A DNA stretch of 64,000 nt from a virus, in IMG/VR virus record IMGVR_UViG_3300044695_004134, positions 102,194-166,193 of that record, one strand, 5' to 3'. Under the pieces are notes generated by a model. That model made no database searches and was not told the origin of the DNA. It saw only the letters and a list, made by a program, of their open reading frames with translations. This document shows, piece after piece, positions 18,747-29,032 of the stretch. Made by a program: the position numbers and the translations under genes. Every line of letters starts with the position of its first letter. Positions within the stretch are counted from its first letter, which is position 1.

Positions 18747-19569
18747 GTTTGTTAAACTTTCTTAGAATTGAACGAACGTCTTCAATAGGTGCATCAAGTG
18801 GCATCTTATGAAGTTCATACATATCAGGATTTTTAAAATAAGACATTAGCAATAAACCTTGGTCATCATCAACAAGACCAATGCTCATCAAATATTCAAG
18901 TGCTTCTTTCATTTCAACAGACAAAACTTGCCATTGTTCTTTTTGTGCAACGAATACACCACCAATAATGAACACTACATTATTTTGTACAGCCTGAGAA
19001 ACTTGTTGTTTTGCTTGCCTGAATTCTGGATCACGATAATTAAAATAGTGCATCAAACCTGGAGTGAAATCATATTCCCAAGTTTTATTTAAAGGAATAT
19101 GTTCGTCATCACGGCAATAACCAAAGTCAACCCAAGCGGCAAATTCATTCGTGATTAGACCACGTTCAAATGCGTCTGAAACATAGAATGCTTTGAGTGA
19201 TGTAACACCAACATAGTCTTTAGACCAGTATTCTGGATTACGAACTTGATATGGATTAATTTTTTTGACGAACTCAGGTGAGGTTTGAATTGCTTCAATC
19301 TTATCACGGAGTTCTTTATGAATGTTGAAGTAATCGTATTCAACTACTTTAACATTAGGAGAAATTGCGGCTAAACGTGGCGCAATATCAGGTGAAGTGT
19401 AAACAATAATTTCTGTATCAATCTCACACATGCGTGTGAAGTGGTCGATGTATTTGTCAACAGAACGCTGTAAATAATGTGGAAGTGGCCCACCATTTTT
19501 CTCTGTGTTTGTTGACCAGTCGCCACGACCGATATCATAGAAGGCAGTTACGATGCTAATTTTGCTCAT
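18739..19569 (-). CDS. HtrL/YibB-like glycosyltransferase
   Basis: IVTAFYDIGRGDW, AWVDFGYCR, DDDQGLL. Confidence 0.8.
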   Translation of the reverse strand: MSKISIVTAFYDIGRGDWSTNTEKNGGPLPHYLQRSVDKYIDHFTRMCEIDTEIIVYTSPDIAPRLAAISPNVKVVEYDYFNIHKELRDKIEAIQTSPEFVKKINPYQVRNPEYWSKDYVGVTSLKAFYVSDAFERGLITNEFAAWVDFGYCRDDEHIPLNKTWEYDFTPGLMHYFNYRDPEFRQAKQQVSQAVQNNVVFIIGGVFVAQKEQWQVLSVEMKEALEYLMSIGLVDDDQGLLLMSYFKNPDMYELHKMPLDAPIEDVRSILRKFNKHE

Positions 19570-19592
19570 TTCAAAGTCCCATATTTATTAAA

Positions 19593-20489
19593 TTATGATT
19601 TATACAAAAAGTATTTAGGCGAACTGCCGGTATTTGTTTCCGCCGTGAGATTTGTTCCATATTTTTTAGAGAAATATTCCATCCATTCTGGAACACGGTC
19701 GTATTGATGCACAATAACAAAAGGAATTCCGTCAGAGTTTATAATACGTCCATCTTCTGTAATTGTAGGTGCTTCTTCCAATAAATAAGGTTTCAGTTTT
19801 TCCACAAGGTCGGGTTTGTTTGACACATGTGCATTCACAGCCCATGCATCCTTTAATCTCGTCACATGTGTTTTAGTACTCCAGATTTTTGTACCTAACA
19901 ACATATTGTAAGCGGCTTGGTCGCAAACCCAATCAGCACGATTGAGTGAGAATTGATATAGATAGAAACATAATTCTCTAATCAATTCAGAACGTCCTGC
20001 TAGAACACCAACGTTACATATTTCATTTTCTTTCACTTCGTTATAGAAATAATCACCAAAGTTTTTGCGAATGTTTTCTCTGTTCCAGTCCTCATCTTTT
20101 ACTTTGATAGACTCTGACGATGCAACAAGTCCTGTTGCATACATTGGATCAATATAACCTTCGAGATATTCAAAAGGATTTGATTGGAATATAACATCAC
20201 GAACATCAGTTGAAACGACATAACGATACACCCCTTCATTCTCTTTCAAGAAATTATAGATGTGTATGAATCGTTGCATATGGATCATCATCTTGTCATT
20301 GTGTGGAACTGGTATGACAATAACACCTTCTTCAATCAACTTCTTTACCAATTCAGGTGTAGTTCCAATTGCAAATAGAATTGTGTCACCTGTGAAGCCG
20401 GTGTCTTTGATAGATTGTACCCAAGGTTTGAGTACGTCATAATCTGTGTAGTTATTAAATGCGCCTATTATTAGGTCTTTTTGCGCCAT
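19593..20489 (-). CDS. Putative GT-A glycosyltransferase
   Basis: STDVRDVIFQSNPF, NVGVLAG, DQAAYN, IVHQYDR. Confidence 0.7.
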   Translation of the reverse strand: MAQKDLIIGAFNNYTDYDVLKPWVQSIKDTGFTGDTILFAIGTTPELVKKLIEEGVIVIPVPHNDKMMIHMQRFIHIYNFLKENEGVYRYVVSTDVRDVIFQSNPFEYLEGYIDPMYATGLVASSESIKVKDEDWNRENIRKNFGDYFYNEVKENEICNVGVLAGRSELIRELCFYLYQFSLNRADWVCDQAAYNMLLGTKIWSTKTHVTRLKDAWAVNAHVSNKPDLVEKLKPYLLEEAPTITEDGRIINSDGIPFVIVHQYDRVPEWMEYFSKKYGTNLTAETNTGSSPKYFLYKS

Positions 20490-21205
20490 GGGTATTCTCC
20501 ATTCATTCTCTGTTTCATCACTTCATTTCCTTTAATAAAGAAAACATCTTGTACCGAATCTGCTCGGCTTGCTACCCTGTAGTTTACAGTATACTCACCA
20601 TTCGTGTCAAATTTTTTACACATCTGCATCATAAATGGTGATAGAATTCTATCAACTTCTGGTTGCTCCTGTGGGTGCCTTGCACGGCGATACCAGTAAG
20701 GAGAGAATTGAATTGCCGCCGCTTTGGGAATCATAAAGCAATTCACATCAATAAATTTATCATTGATAACCGAGGTCCATTTACCAAGAGATTCACAATC
20801 ATCATTACATATGTATGTACCCTCTTGTGATACAATTTTTCTGAGGGAATAAGCCCATTCATTGCCATGTTGAATAACATCAACAAGAGATTCGATATGA
20901 TGATCTTCATACCAATTATCTTGGTCAAGGAAACAGATATACTCACCCTCTGCAATATAAGACATTCCACCATAAATTCTATGGCCATTGTATTGATCGT
21001 AACCTGTATTATATGGGAGTGAGAATGCTGTGGAACGTGTTGCACCTTCCATGAGTTGTGTGGCTCTTGCACCATACTTGTCGAACCCGTCAACAACAAC
21101 AAGGTGTTGTATGTTTTGGTATGTTTGTCTGTCGATTGATTTCAATACATCACTTAATTGGTCACTAGCCGTAGTTGGCGTAATGACCGTCACCAATGGT
21201 TTCAT
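20471..21205 (-). CDS. Glycosyltransferase family 2
   Basis: VTVITPT, VVVDG, CFLDQDNW. Confidence 0.88.
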   Translation of the reverse strand: MKPLVTVITPTTASDQLSDVLKSIDRQTYQNIQHLVVVDGFDKYGARATQLMEGATRSTAFSLPYNTGYDQYNGHRIYGGMSYIAEGEYICFLDQDNWYEDHHIESLVDVIQHGNEWAYSLRKIVSQEGTYICNDDCESLGKWTSVINDKFIDVNCFMIPKAAAIQFSPYWYRRARHPQEQPEVDRILSPFMMQMCKKFDTNGEYTVNYRVASRADSVQDVFFIKGNEVMKQRMNGEYPWRKKT

Positions 21206-21208
21206 AAT

Positions 21209-21490
21209 TTAGCTCCGTGTCACCTTAAGAATTTTCTGTATCTGTGCTTCAATAACTGGTCCACGATTTGGCCACTTAATGATTGGTTGATCCGCAGTTT
21301 TGAGTAGTTTCATCAAAAAAGGAATGATAAGTTTTTCAGCCTCGGCCAGTCTTGCTTTGTACTGTTCTACTGTATCTTGTTTTTGTGAAATGAGAGAGTT
21401 ATATTCTTCTTCATCGGTAGCGGTGAATCCGAAATCAAAATCATCATCATATTCATTGAGAATTTTTTGGGTATCTTTGTCTAGTGGCAT
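21209..21490 (-). CDS. Hypothetical protein
   Basis: ORF fills the operon gap; DFDFGF and IIKWPNR motifs. Confidence 0.55.
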   Translation of the reverse strand: MPLDKDTQKILNEYDDDFDFGFTATDEEEYNSLISQKQDTVEQYKARLAEAEKLIIPFLMKLLKTADQPIIKWPNRGPVIEAQIQKILKVTRS

Positions 21491-21491
21491 A

Positions 21492-22241
21492 TTAAATAAA
21501 ACAGGAGAGATTTAGTTGGTCTTTTCTAATTGTAACAGATTTTCCGTCAACTGGCGCTATATTAAATGGTGATTTTTTATTTGCGGGTATTGAGAACTGC
21601 ATTTCAAATGTAAACTGGTAATTACCCCCACCTTTGTATTGTACACGGGCTCGATATGTTGCCTTAGCTGATTTACCAAACATTGGAACATCTTTTAACT
21701 TTAATGGATTTTTAGAACCCATCAAATAGAAACCATGTGTACCAACATTCACATAAAACGTATCTTTTTTATTGTAGTATTCTTCAATCTTGCTTGCCGC
21801 AATTTCACCACGAATATCTGAAAATGTATCACGGTCTCTTTCATATCTCTGCTGGTTTGTTAATTTACCAGCAGTGGCTTCCCATAACAAATCTTTATCT
21901 CTTTTAAATGGAATTTCTTTCCATTGTTTTTTTATAATATCGAACAGTCCGACTTCTTCTGCTAAATCGGCGATGAATTGTTTTTCATCATCATCTTTTT
22001 TAATGTCACCAAATTTCCATGGATTCTTTTTGTCTTTACTGTCATATTTCATCACAAGAGAACCGGCTGATGCGGCGGTGATTTTTAATTCACAACCAGC
22101 CTTCTTCTTTTTATATTCAAGCATCAGGTCTGGCTGGTCACTGCCAGCGCCAGCAGGAATAAAATTCTTAGGTACAAACCCCAAAGGTTTTAATATATCT
22201 GCGGCATTCACTTCGTATTGAAAACCTTGTTGTGCGGCCAT
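21492..22241 (-). CDS. Putative PD-(D/E)xK endonuclease
   Basis: GFQYE...PDL...CELK; probable start MAAQQ just after a TATAAATA late promoter. Confidence 0.55.
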   Translation of the reverse strand: MAAQQGFQYEVNAADILKPLGFVPKNFIPAGAGSDQPDLMLEYKKKKAGCELKITAASAGSLVMKYDSKDKKNPWKFGDIKKDDDEKQFIADLAEEVGLFDIIKKQWKEIPFKRDKDLLWEATAGKLTNQQRYERDRDTFSDIRGEIAASKIEEYYNKKDTFYVNVGTHGFYLMGSKNPLKLKDVPMFGKSAKATYRARVQYKGGGNYQFTFEMQFSIPANKKSPFNIAPVDGKSVTIRKDQLNLSCFI

Positions 22242-22263
22242 GTATAAACACTCCAAATGAAAG

Positions 22264-22271
22264 TATTTATA
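22264..22271 (-). promoter_or_regulatory. T4-type late promoter
   Basis: TATAAATA on the minus strand. Confidence 0.65.
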
Positions 22272-23667
22272 CTTTGAACCCTCCAAAATCTTTCTTCTTG
22301 AAGTTACCATTTTGTTGTTGTGGAGGTCTTTGTGTTGGATTGTGTCCGGCATCAGCTAGACCAGATTGTGCATCTTGTTCCACATCATACAGCTTCATCT
22401 TAGACCTGTCAACACCGAGTACGAATCTTTTGAATTTTGATGGATCGGAATATCTATTCTTCAACTGTTTCACCATAATCTGACCGAGTGCTTCAAGTTC
22501 TTCGGAAGAAATGAGAGCAAACATCAAGTCAGCGGTTGCTGGCAAACCGAAACTTTCACTTGTATCTTCGAGTCCGGGGTCGGATGAAGTAAAACCGGAC
22601 CGTGTTGTTTGTGTAGCAGATACAACTGGGACTCCGAATTCAACGGCAAGTCCTCGCAATTCCTCTGCAATGGATTTAACATAAGTGTATGAGTTGATGT
22701 TTGCACCTGCCTTAATCCTCGATGAACAACAAATATTAAGATAATCAATGAAGATAATATCAGGTACAAAAGATTTTTTAAGGTTAAGTTCATTTAACAA
22801 GGTTCTAAAATGTACAGCAGATGCAGATGCTGTTGGATATTCTTTAATAATTAATTTACCTGTAGTCATCTCTTTGACACGCTTGACCTTTTTATCATAC
22901 AGGTCTTTGGGAAGTTGAATCAAATCATCAATAGAAACGTTCAGTAAGTTTGCATCAATACGTTCTGCAATCTTTTCTTCTGCCATTTCCATTGTGATAT
23001 ACAATACGTTCTTACCTTGTGACATAGCACCAGCGGCGACATGACACATAAAAAGGGACTTACCAACACCAGTGCCAGCCAAGGCGATATTAAGGGTTTT
23101 CTTAGGTAGACCACCCTTCGTGATTTTGTTGAAGTAGTCAAGGTCGAACGGAATTCGTTCTTCTGTTCGGTGATAGAATTCATATCGCCCATCAGAGTCC
23201 TCCAAGTAATCGTGACCAACAGAGTTATCAAAACTTACTGCAAGTGCATCGGATAGAATTTTAGGAATCGCACCCTTGTCATTGGTCTTATCTTTACCAT
23301 CAAGGATGGAAATAGAATTTAAGACTGCATTATAAATGGCTTTTTCCTGGCAGAACTTTTCAGTTTTGTCGATGAGCCAATTGTTATCAGTTTTTTGTTC
23401 CGTCTTTGAAGATTGTTCAATTTCTTGTAGATAAGTTTCGCACTTCTCCACTTCTTCATTTGTGAGATTACGCCTCTCTTTGATGGCCAATGTAATCGCT
23501 TCAACTGATGGTGTACTATTGTAAGCATTTGTAAATGATAAGATTTCATCATAAATTACCTTTTCGGACCTGTCTGTGAAGTATTCATCTTTGAGGAACG
23601 GTAAAGACTTCCTCAAATAATCTTCATTCGTTATCAGGTTCCTCAGAATAGTCTGTTCCAACTTCAT
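22267..23667 (-). CDS. 41: T4 gp41-like replicative helicase
   Basis: AGTGVGKS, IFIDYLNI, SATQTTR, KQLKNRY. Confidence 0.96.
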   Translation of the reverse strand: MKLEQTILRNLITNEDYLRKSLPFLKDEYFTDRSEKVIYDEILSFTNAYNSTPSVEAITLAIKERRNLTNEEVEKCETYLQEIEQSSKTEQKTDNNWLIDKTEKFCQEKAIYNAVLNSISILDGKDKTNDKGAIPKILSDALAVSFDNSVGHDYLEDSDGRYEFYHRTEERIPFDLDYFNKITKGGLPKKTLNIALAGTGVGKSLFMCHVAAGAMSQGKNVLYITMEMAEEKIAERIDANLLNVSIDDLIQLPKDLYDKKVKRVKEMTTGKLIIKEYPTASASAVHFRTLLNELNLKKSFVPDIIFIDYLNICCSSRIKAGANINSYTYVKSIAEELRGLAVEFGVPVVSATQTTRSGFTSSDPGLEDTSESFGLPATADLMFALISSEELEALGQIMVKQLKNRYSDPSKFKRFVLGVDRSKMKLYDVEQDAQSGLADAGHNPTQRPPQQQNGNFKKKDFGGFKV

Positions 23668-23956
23668 CAATAATTCCTTTATCAATATTATTTGACATGA
23701 TACTAACCAAAACATCACCAATGTGATTCTTGAAATTCATGTCAGTTTCAAGTTCTTCTTTTAGTAAAGGAGACTCTAACACATTATACACGAATTGGAG
23801 ATAGATGGCACCATCTTTCTCCTCCTCAAACTTCACTTTACCATATTGATAAACGGTATCTATATATTTTCCTGACAGTAGTTTGATACCAACTGTAGTT
23901 TCTTCCGATTCTGGAATTACGTAGTTAAAATCAACACCTTCTTTATACTGGTTCAT
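23624..23956 (-). CDS. gp40-like head vertex assembly chaperone (positional call)
   Basis: Lies between uvsX and 41 as in T4; size fits. Confidence 0.5.
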   Translation of the reverse strand: MNQYKEGVDFNYVIPESEETTVGIKLLSGKYIDTVYQYGKVKFEEEKDGAIYLQFVYNVLESPLLKEELETDMNFKNHIGDVLVSIMSNNIDKGIIDEVGTDYSEEPDNE

Positions 23957-24998
23957 CTTCTACCTCAATTTCTTTTTGAATGATTTCCCCTGCCGCAACA
24001 CGGTATTTGTTCTCAATGAACTGTTGGAATGATTGTGTTTTTAGTATTGGTAACCAAAAGTCTTTAGTATCTGTATCTTTGATACGATACTTCTTTTCTT
24101 CTACTTCGCCGGTGGATACATCCACTTTGCTATACCACCCATTTGAGGGTTTGATGACATGTCCGGATTCCAGCGCAATATCAAGTAAGCCTGACCAACG
24201 GCTAATGCCACCGTCAAAAGATACAGAAACAGGGATTTTAGATTTTTCTTTAACATATCTACTCTTTTCTACGTTAATAATAAAATTATAACCAACAACT
24301 TCGGTTCCTTCTTTTTCTTGCTGACGACCAATAATAAAGATGTTATCGGCAGAATAGTAGGAACCAGTACCACCACCAACGATATCTTTAGGATACAAAC
24401 CAATTTCTTTGTATGTGTGATTCACAACAACCATTGGAATGTCTTTGAGTGACAAGTGTGGAGTGACCATACGGAACAAAGACTTAACCTGTTTTGCACG
24501 GCTCATATCTGCAACAGATTTGCCTTCAAGCGCATCGTCAACTTCTTTCTTGGAAGCTAAGTTACCAATTGAATCAATGATAATAATAAGTTTGTCTGTT
24601 CGTTCCAGATTCGTAAGTTGTTGCATAATATCAAACTTCAATTGTTCAATATCTGTAAGAGGTGTGTGAAGCACCCTGTTAGTATCGATACCGAAACTAT
24701 CAAAATAACTTTGCGGAGTACCGAACTCAGAATCATAAAAAAGAAGTGCGGAGTCTGGATATTTGTCAAGATAAGATTTCGCCATTAAAAGTGAGAATGC
24801 GGTCTTAAAGTGTTTGGAAGGACCTGCCCACATTGTAAGACCTGGTGTAAGACCACCATCTAGTTTACCAGACAACGCAACGTTGACGATGGGAACGGAT
24901 GTGGGAATCATATCTTTATCTAAAAAGAATTTTGATTTTGCCAGAATGGCGGAGTCTTTAATAGAACTGTTCTTTTTAATTTTGTCCAAAATGCTCAT
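23943..24998 (-). CDS. uvsX: UvsX RecA-like recombinase
   Basis: AGPSKHFKT, FYDSEFG, DSIGNLASKKE, VVVNHTY. Confidence 0.96.
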   Translation of the reverse strand: MSILDKIKKNSSIKDSAILAKSKFFLDKDMIPTSVPIVNVALSGKLDGGLTPGLTMWAGPSKHFKTAFSLLMAKSYLDKYPDSALLFYDSEFGTPQSYFDSFGIDTNRVLHTPLTDIEQLKFDIMQQLTNLERTDKLIIIIDSIGNLASKKEVDDALEGKSVADMSRAKQVKSLFRMVTPHLSLKDIPMVVVNHTYKEIGLYPKDIVGGGTGSYYSADNIFIIGRQQEKEGTEVVGYNFIINVEKSRYVKEKSKIPVSVSFDGGISRWSGLLDIALESGHVIKPSNGWYSKVDVSTGEVEEKKYRIKDTDTKDFWLPILKTQSFQQFIENKYRVAAGEIIQKEIEVEDEPV

Positions 24999-25008
24999 AA
25001 TTTTTCCT

Positions 25009-27531
25009 TTAATCGAATAGTGAGTTTGTTCGTTCCGTTGTCCAGTCCATACAATCAAGAATGACTTTAATTGGCTCTAGAAATGTTTTGTCAAATTGCA
25101 TATTGTAATCGATGCAATCTTGAAGACCAAATTCAGGAGGTAATCTTCCTGGAAATGATACTACATTTTCTTTGAATGTGTTTGGTGTTTTTAGGTAAGT
25201 GAATTTAATTTTCTCACCTTCTTGAATCAACGGATACTTCTTAGATAGACCTTTTTCTTCAAGGTACTTATTATATAGCAATGCACCTCTCACATGAATT
25301 GGTGTACCTTTTGAATATATGGTAGTCTTGTTTCCATACTCTTTCAAACCATTGATACCACGTGGAAAAGAAATATCTTCCACATTCAACTTTTTGAATT
25401 CAGTTCGGAAAGTATCGATGAATTTGTGCATGTCAGATTCGGTACCCTTCATCATAATCTGAAGTGCTTGTTTCATCTTCTCACGCACAGGTGCGGGTGT
25501 GGAAGACTTAATCATTTCAAGACCCATGACCTTCATGTCTGGTTCGGTATACTGAACACCTTCATTGTTATACACGTGCATGATATAACGTTTCTTTGCA
25601 GTCCAGATACCTTTGTCAGCCAATGCTTCACGTTTCATTTGCATCTTTTGGTCATAAGCATGAACATATTCTGCCAATTCACCATATGATTTATCAATGA
25701 AAGGTTGTATCTTTTCTTCACAGATTTTATCCATAAAAGAAATGACTTTATTCTTATCAGAAGTGTCTTTAATAAACTTGTCAACCAATTCACCGAGACG
25801 GAGATAAATCGAATCTGTATCAGACGCAATCACATAATCTTTATTGGTCTTCAACAAAGAGTTCATGTACCCGTTAATTTTAGATTCTATCCAACGAATA
25901 CTGAATTGGCCAGCAGTGGTGACACCCAAGGCCATACGTAAATCATAAAACCGAAAATATTGGGAGCCCAAAGCACCATAAGCAGAATTGAGAGAGACTT
26001 TTTTAGCGAGTTGTAGGTTGTTGTATCTGGCGATACGTTTCTCAATGTCATATTTCTTAGTATCATCTTTTTCAGCCTCATAGTCTTTCTTAGCTTGAAT
26101 CATCATCTTTTTAAACTTCTTACGATCCTCATACATGTCTTCCATCATTTTAGGTAAGAAGCCTTGTATATCGGTACGGAAGAATTGACCATTTGGAGTG
26201 ATTGTCACATTTTCGAGAGCAGACAAGTCAAGTTCTTTTTTCAGAAGTTTGTCAACAGTGACACCTTGCGAGAGAACGTCACGCATTTCTGGTGTGTAAT
26301 TTGCAGGATCAATGAGAGTTTCAGGTGAGATATTATATTGCATCATCAAGTGTGGATACAATGAGTTCAAGTCGAATGATGCGACCCAATTGTGTAGACC
26401 AACTTGTGGTTCTTTTACAAAAGCACCTTCAAACGCTTCGCTCTTTTCTTTGATAACACGTGGAGGAACCACGATGTTTTGATTCATCAAGTTGTTGTAA
26501 GTCAGAGCATCCCACATGCGTGTCTGTGCAAACACATCATCATAGTTGGTCTTCGTATCATAAGCCAGAGTAAGAGCGAGTTCAATCAACTTGAGTTTAT
26601 CTTCAAGTTTGAGAATCAAGTCAACGTCTTTGATGTTGTATTCAATAAAGAGTTGGTAATTCAAACGATAAAGTTGATGGAGGTTTTCATATTCTTCGTA
26701 TGAGATTTTACCTTCGCCGAGTTCAAATTGTGCGATTGCATCAAGACGATAGGATTCCTGTGACTTGCCGTTCGGTGAATACCATTTATACAGTTCAAGA
26801 TAATCGAGGTCACCGACACCAACAAGTTCATACACCGTCATTTTACGGTTCATAACAAATGCTTGGCGTTCAGAGATGATGTTCCACGGAGACAACTTCT
26901 TAGCCTCATCTTCACCGAGAACCTTACGCATACGATTTACAAGATATGGTACGTCAAAGAACTTGGTGTTCCAGCCAGTGAGTGCATCAGGACATTTCTC
27001 TTGCCAGAGTTTAAGGAAGAACTTGAGCAAGTGATATTCGTCTTTGCACTTCATGTAACGTTCTGTACCCTTAACTTCATAGTCACCGCATCCGAAAACG
27101 AACATATGCCCACCGATAAATCGGAGAGCAATAGCAGTAACTGGTTCATTGGCAAGATATGGATCAGGGAAGCCGTTCTCTGATCCAACCTCAATATCGA
27201 CAATTGCAATAGAGACTTTATCAAAGTCCCAATCAATCATTTCTTTGTGTTGTTCACCGATGAATGCGTATTCAAAACGATTCTGACCATAGATGGTTTT
27301 ACCCGAGACACCTTCGAACTGACGTAGGTAATCACGTGCTTCACGCATCGTGCCAAATTTATGTGGTTGAAGATACACACCATCTAGTGATGTGTAATTT
27401 GTAACCTTGCTTGACTTTTCGTATAGTGTCGGCTGGTATGGAATCTTTAGCTTTGTTCTTTTGCCGTCAGTAACGCCACGGTAAAGAATGTTGCTACCAA
27501 CAGCTTGTACGTTTGTATAGAAAAGAGCCAT
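25009..27531 (-). CDS. 43: Family B DNA polymerase (gp43)
   Basis: DIEV exonuclease motif, SFDLNSLYPH, KVSLNSAYG, ASDTDS. Confidence 0.97.
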   Translation of the reverse strand: MALFYTNVQAVGSNILYRGVTDGKRTKLKIPYQPTLYEKSSKVTNYTSLDGVYLQPHKFGTMREARDYLRQFEGVSGKTIYGQNRFEYAFIGEQHKEMIDWDFDKVSIAIVDIEVGSENGFPDPYLANEPVTAIALRFIGGHMFVFGCGDYEVKGTERYMKCKDEYHLLKFFLKLWQEKCPDALTGWNTKFFDVPYLVNRMRKVLGEDEAKKLSPWNIISERQAFVMNRKMTVYELVGVGDLDYLELYKWYSPNGKSQESYRLDAIAQFELGEGKISYEEYENLHQLYRLNYQLFIEYNIKDVDLILKLEDKLKLIELALTLAYDTKTNYDDVFAQTRMWDALTYNNLMNQNIVVPPRVIKEKSEAFEGAFVKEPQVGLHNWVASFDLNSLYPHLMMQYNISPETLIDPANYTPEMRDVLSQGVTVDKLLKKELDLSALENVTITPNGQFFRTDIQGFLPKMMEDMYEDRKKFKKMMIQAKKDYEAEKDDTKKYDIEKRIARYNNLQLAKKVSLNSAYGALGSQYFRFYDLRMALGVTTAGQFSIRWIESKINGYMNSLLKTNKDYVIASDTDSIYLRLGELVDKFIKDTSDKNKVISFMDKICEEKIQPFIDKSYGELAEYVHAYDQKMQMKREALADKGIWTAKKRYIMHVYNNEGVQYTEPDMKVMGLEMIKSSTPAPVREKMKQALQIMMKGTESDMHKFIDTFRTEFKKLNVEDISFPRGINGLKEYGNKTTIYSKGTPIHVRGALLYNKYLEEKGLSKKYPLIQEGEKIKFTYLKTPNTFKENVVSFPGRLPPEFGLQDCIDYNMQFDKTFLEPIKVILDCMDWTTERTNSLFD

Positions 27532-27845
27532 TAACCGGTGATGATTTGAGTTGGAGGAGTAATGATACCGGAGCCAAACATCTGATTGTAGTTGTCAGAA
27601 ATGTCCGATGCTGGTGTGTAATTATACACAACATGTAGTGGTTCCACAAGAACAATTTCACCTTGTTTTTGTTGGGAGAAAGTTGGAAAAGGAACAAAAC
27701 CCATTTGAGGCGCCGAGCCAGCAATTTTTGGTGGGACCATGCGTAGCTGTACGGGATTTTTAAGTTGCAATTGACCTTGTTGATTTACGGAAACATCGGC
27801 AATGACTTCCTCACCTGTGACCAATTTAATACCTTGAATATTCAT
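27531..27845 (-). CDS. Conserved small beta protein of T4-like phages
   Basis: IKLVTGEEVIA...YNQMFGSGIITP. Confidence 0.6.
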   Translation of the reverse strand: MNIQGIKLVTGEEVIADVSVNQQGQLQLKNPVQLRMVPPKIAGSAPQMGFVPFPTFSQQKQGEIVLVEPLHVVYNYTPASDISDNYNQMFGSGIITPPTQIITG

Positions 27846-27847
27846 AA

Positions 27848-28417
27848 TTATACCTCTGTGTTGAAAAAGAATGTTTGGAATAATCGTCCATTATACAACG
27901 AATCACCAAAGCCTGGCAACATACTTCTGTGGTAATATTCACCACGGTACATTACCATTCTGTTAAAGATGTTTGATACCTGAACGATTGGTTCCCACTT
28001 ATCCAAATCGGTTATTTCTTCGGTGTTGTTGTTGTAATCAGTTGATGGTATTCCTGGATTGTACATCGAAATTTTAGACTCTTTATTTCGATAAATTGCA
28101 GTTCCGGCTTCAAGCGGTGCATCAGGTGTTAGGTATAAGACAGCCGCCCAATTCGTAGGGTCGTGGTGTATCCATGTGCTATCTTTGGAGGTTGTGTACT
28201 GAAATGCAGTATTGTATTCTTCCGGCCACCAAGATATTTTCTTATGTAAGATTGATTCAAATAAGGTTTTGGCATTTGTGTTGTGTTCACCTTTTAACAC
28301 ATCGGTTCTCATACCCGGATAATTACCAGAAATAGAAAATGGTAAAGATAGTGCGAAATCACGTACTTGTTCTGGATTACCATAAAAGTTATCAAAAATC
28401 ATAAGGTTCGGTAGCAT
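27848..28417 (-). CDS. 2OG-Fe(II) oxygenase-like protein (DUF6445-like)
   Basis: WIHHD, AAVLYL, FNRMVMY...YHRS, RLFQTFF. Confidence 0.78.
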   Translation of the reverse strand: MLPNLMIFDNFYGNPEQVRDFALSLPFSISGNYPGMRTDVLKGEHNTNAKTLFESILHKKISWWPEEYNTAFQYTTSKDSTWIHHDPTNWAAVLYLTPDAPLEAGTAIYRNKESKISMYNPGIPSTDYNNNTEEITDLDKWEPIVQVSNIFNRMVMYRGEYYHRSMLPGFGDSLYNGRLFQTFFFNTEV

Positions 28418-28432
28418 AAAGAAGCCTTTATT

Positions 28433-28440
28433 CATAAATA
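28433..28440 (+). promoter_or_regulatory. Late-promoter-like site ahead of the plus-strand island
   Basis: CATAAATA about 60 nt upstream of 28502. Confidence 0.4.
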
Positions 28441-28501
28441 TATGGAGTTATTAGATATTTTATCATATTTCGTTTAAGAAAACAACAGAATTGAGGTACA
28501 A

Positions 28502-29032
28502 ATGAAAAAATTTGTGTTGATTGTTTTATCATTTATATATCTTGGCATCGTAAATGCACAGACCATAACCACTGATTCCACCACTAAAAGTACGATAGAC
28601 TCCACAACGACTCTAAAGTCCCCACCTTCATCAGCTATTATTCCAGCCATGAACAACTCAAACACCGACCTATGTACAGTTGGTGTAGCAGGAGCAGTTC
28701 AAACACAGATTCTGGGTATTTCAGCAGGATCCACTATACGTGATATGAATTGTGAAAGACTAAAGTTATCCAAAACATTATATGACATGGGTATGAAAAT
28801 TGCGGCTGTATCCACTTTATGTCAAGATAAACGAGTTTTTGACGCCATGATGATGGCAGGTACTCCTTGTCCATATGATGGTCTGATTGGAGCAGAAGCT
28901 AAAGCACTTTGGAAAACAAATGCGGACAAACAACCTGGAACAGAAAATAAATCAGGAGAAATGAGTAATGAAACTAAGACATTGTTTGGTATTGGTGGCA
29001 TCCTTAGTTTATTGCTCCTACTCCTACTCTGA
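28502..29032 (+). CDS. Exported Cys-containing protein with C-terminal TM anchor
   Basis: Signal peptide; C..C..C..CP; ends GGILSLLLLLLL. Confidence 0.7.
   Translation: MKKFVLIVLSFIYLGIVNAQTITTDSTTKSTIDSTTTLKSPPSSAIIPAMNNSNTDLCTVGVAGAVQTQILGISAGSTIRDMNCERLKLSKTLYDMGMKIAAVSTLCQDKRVFDAMMMAGTPCPYDGLIGAEAKALWKTNADKQPGTENKSGEMSNETKTLFGIGGILSLLLLLLL

Noticed and set aside
25009-27531. Intron, intein or split in the DNA polymerase
   Set aside because: It is a single 840-aa ORF with normally spaced motifs.
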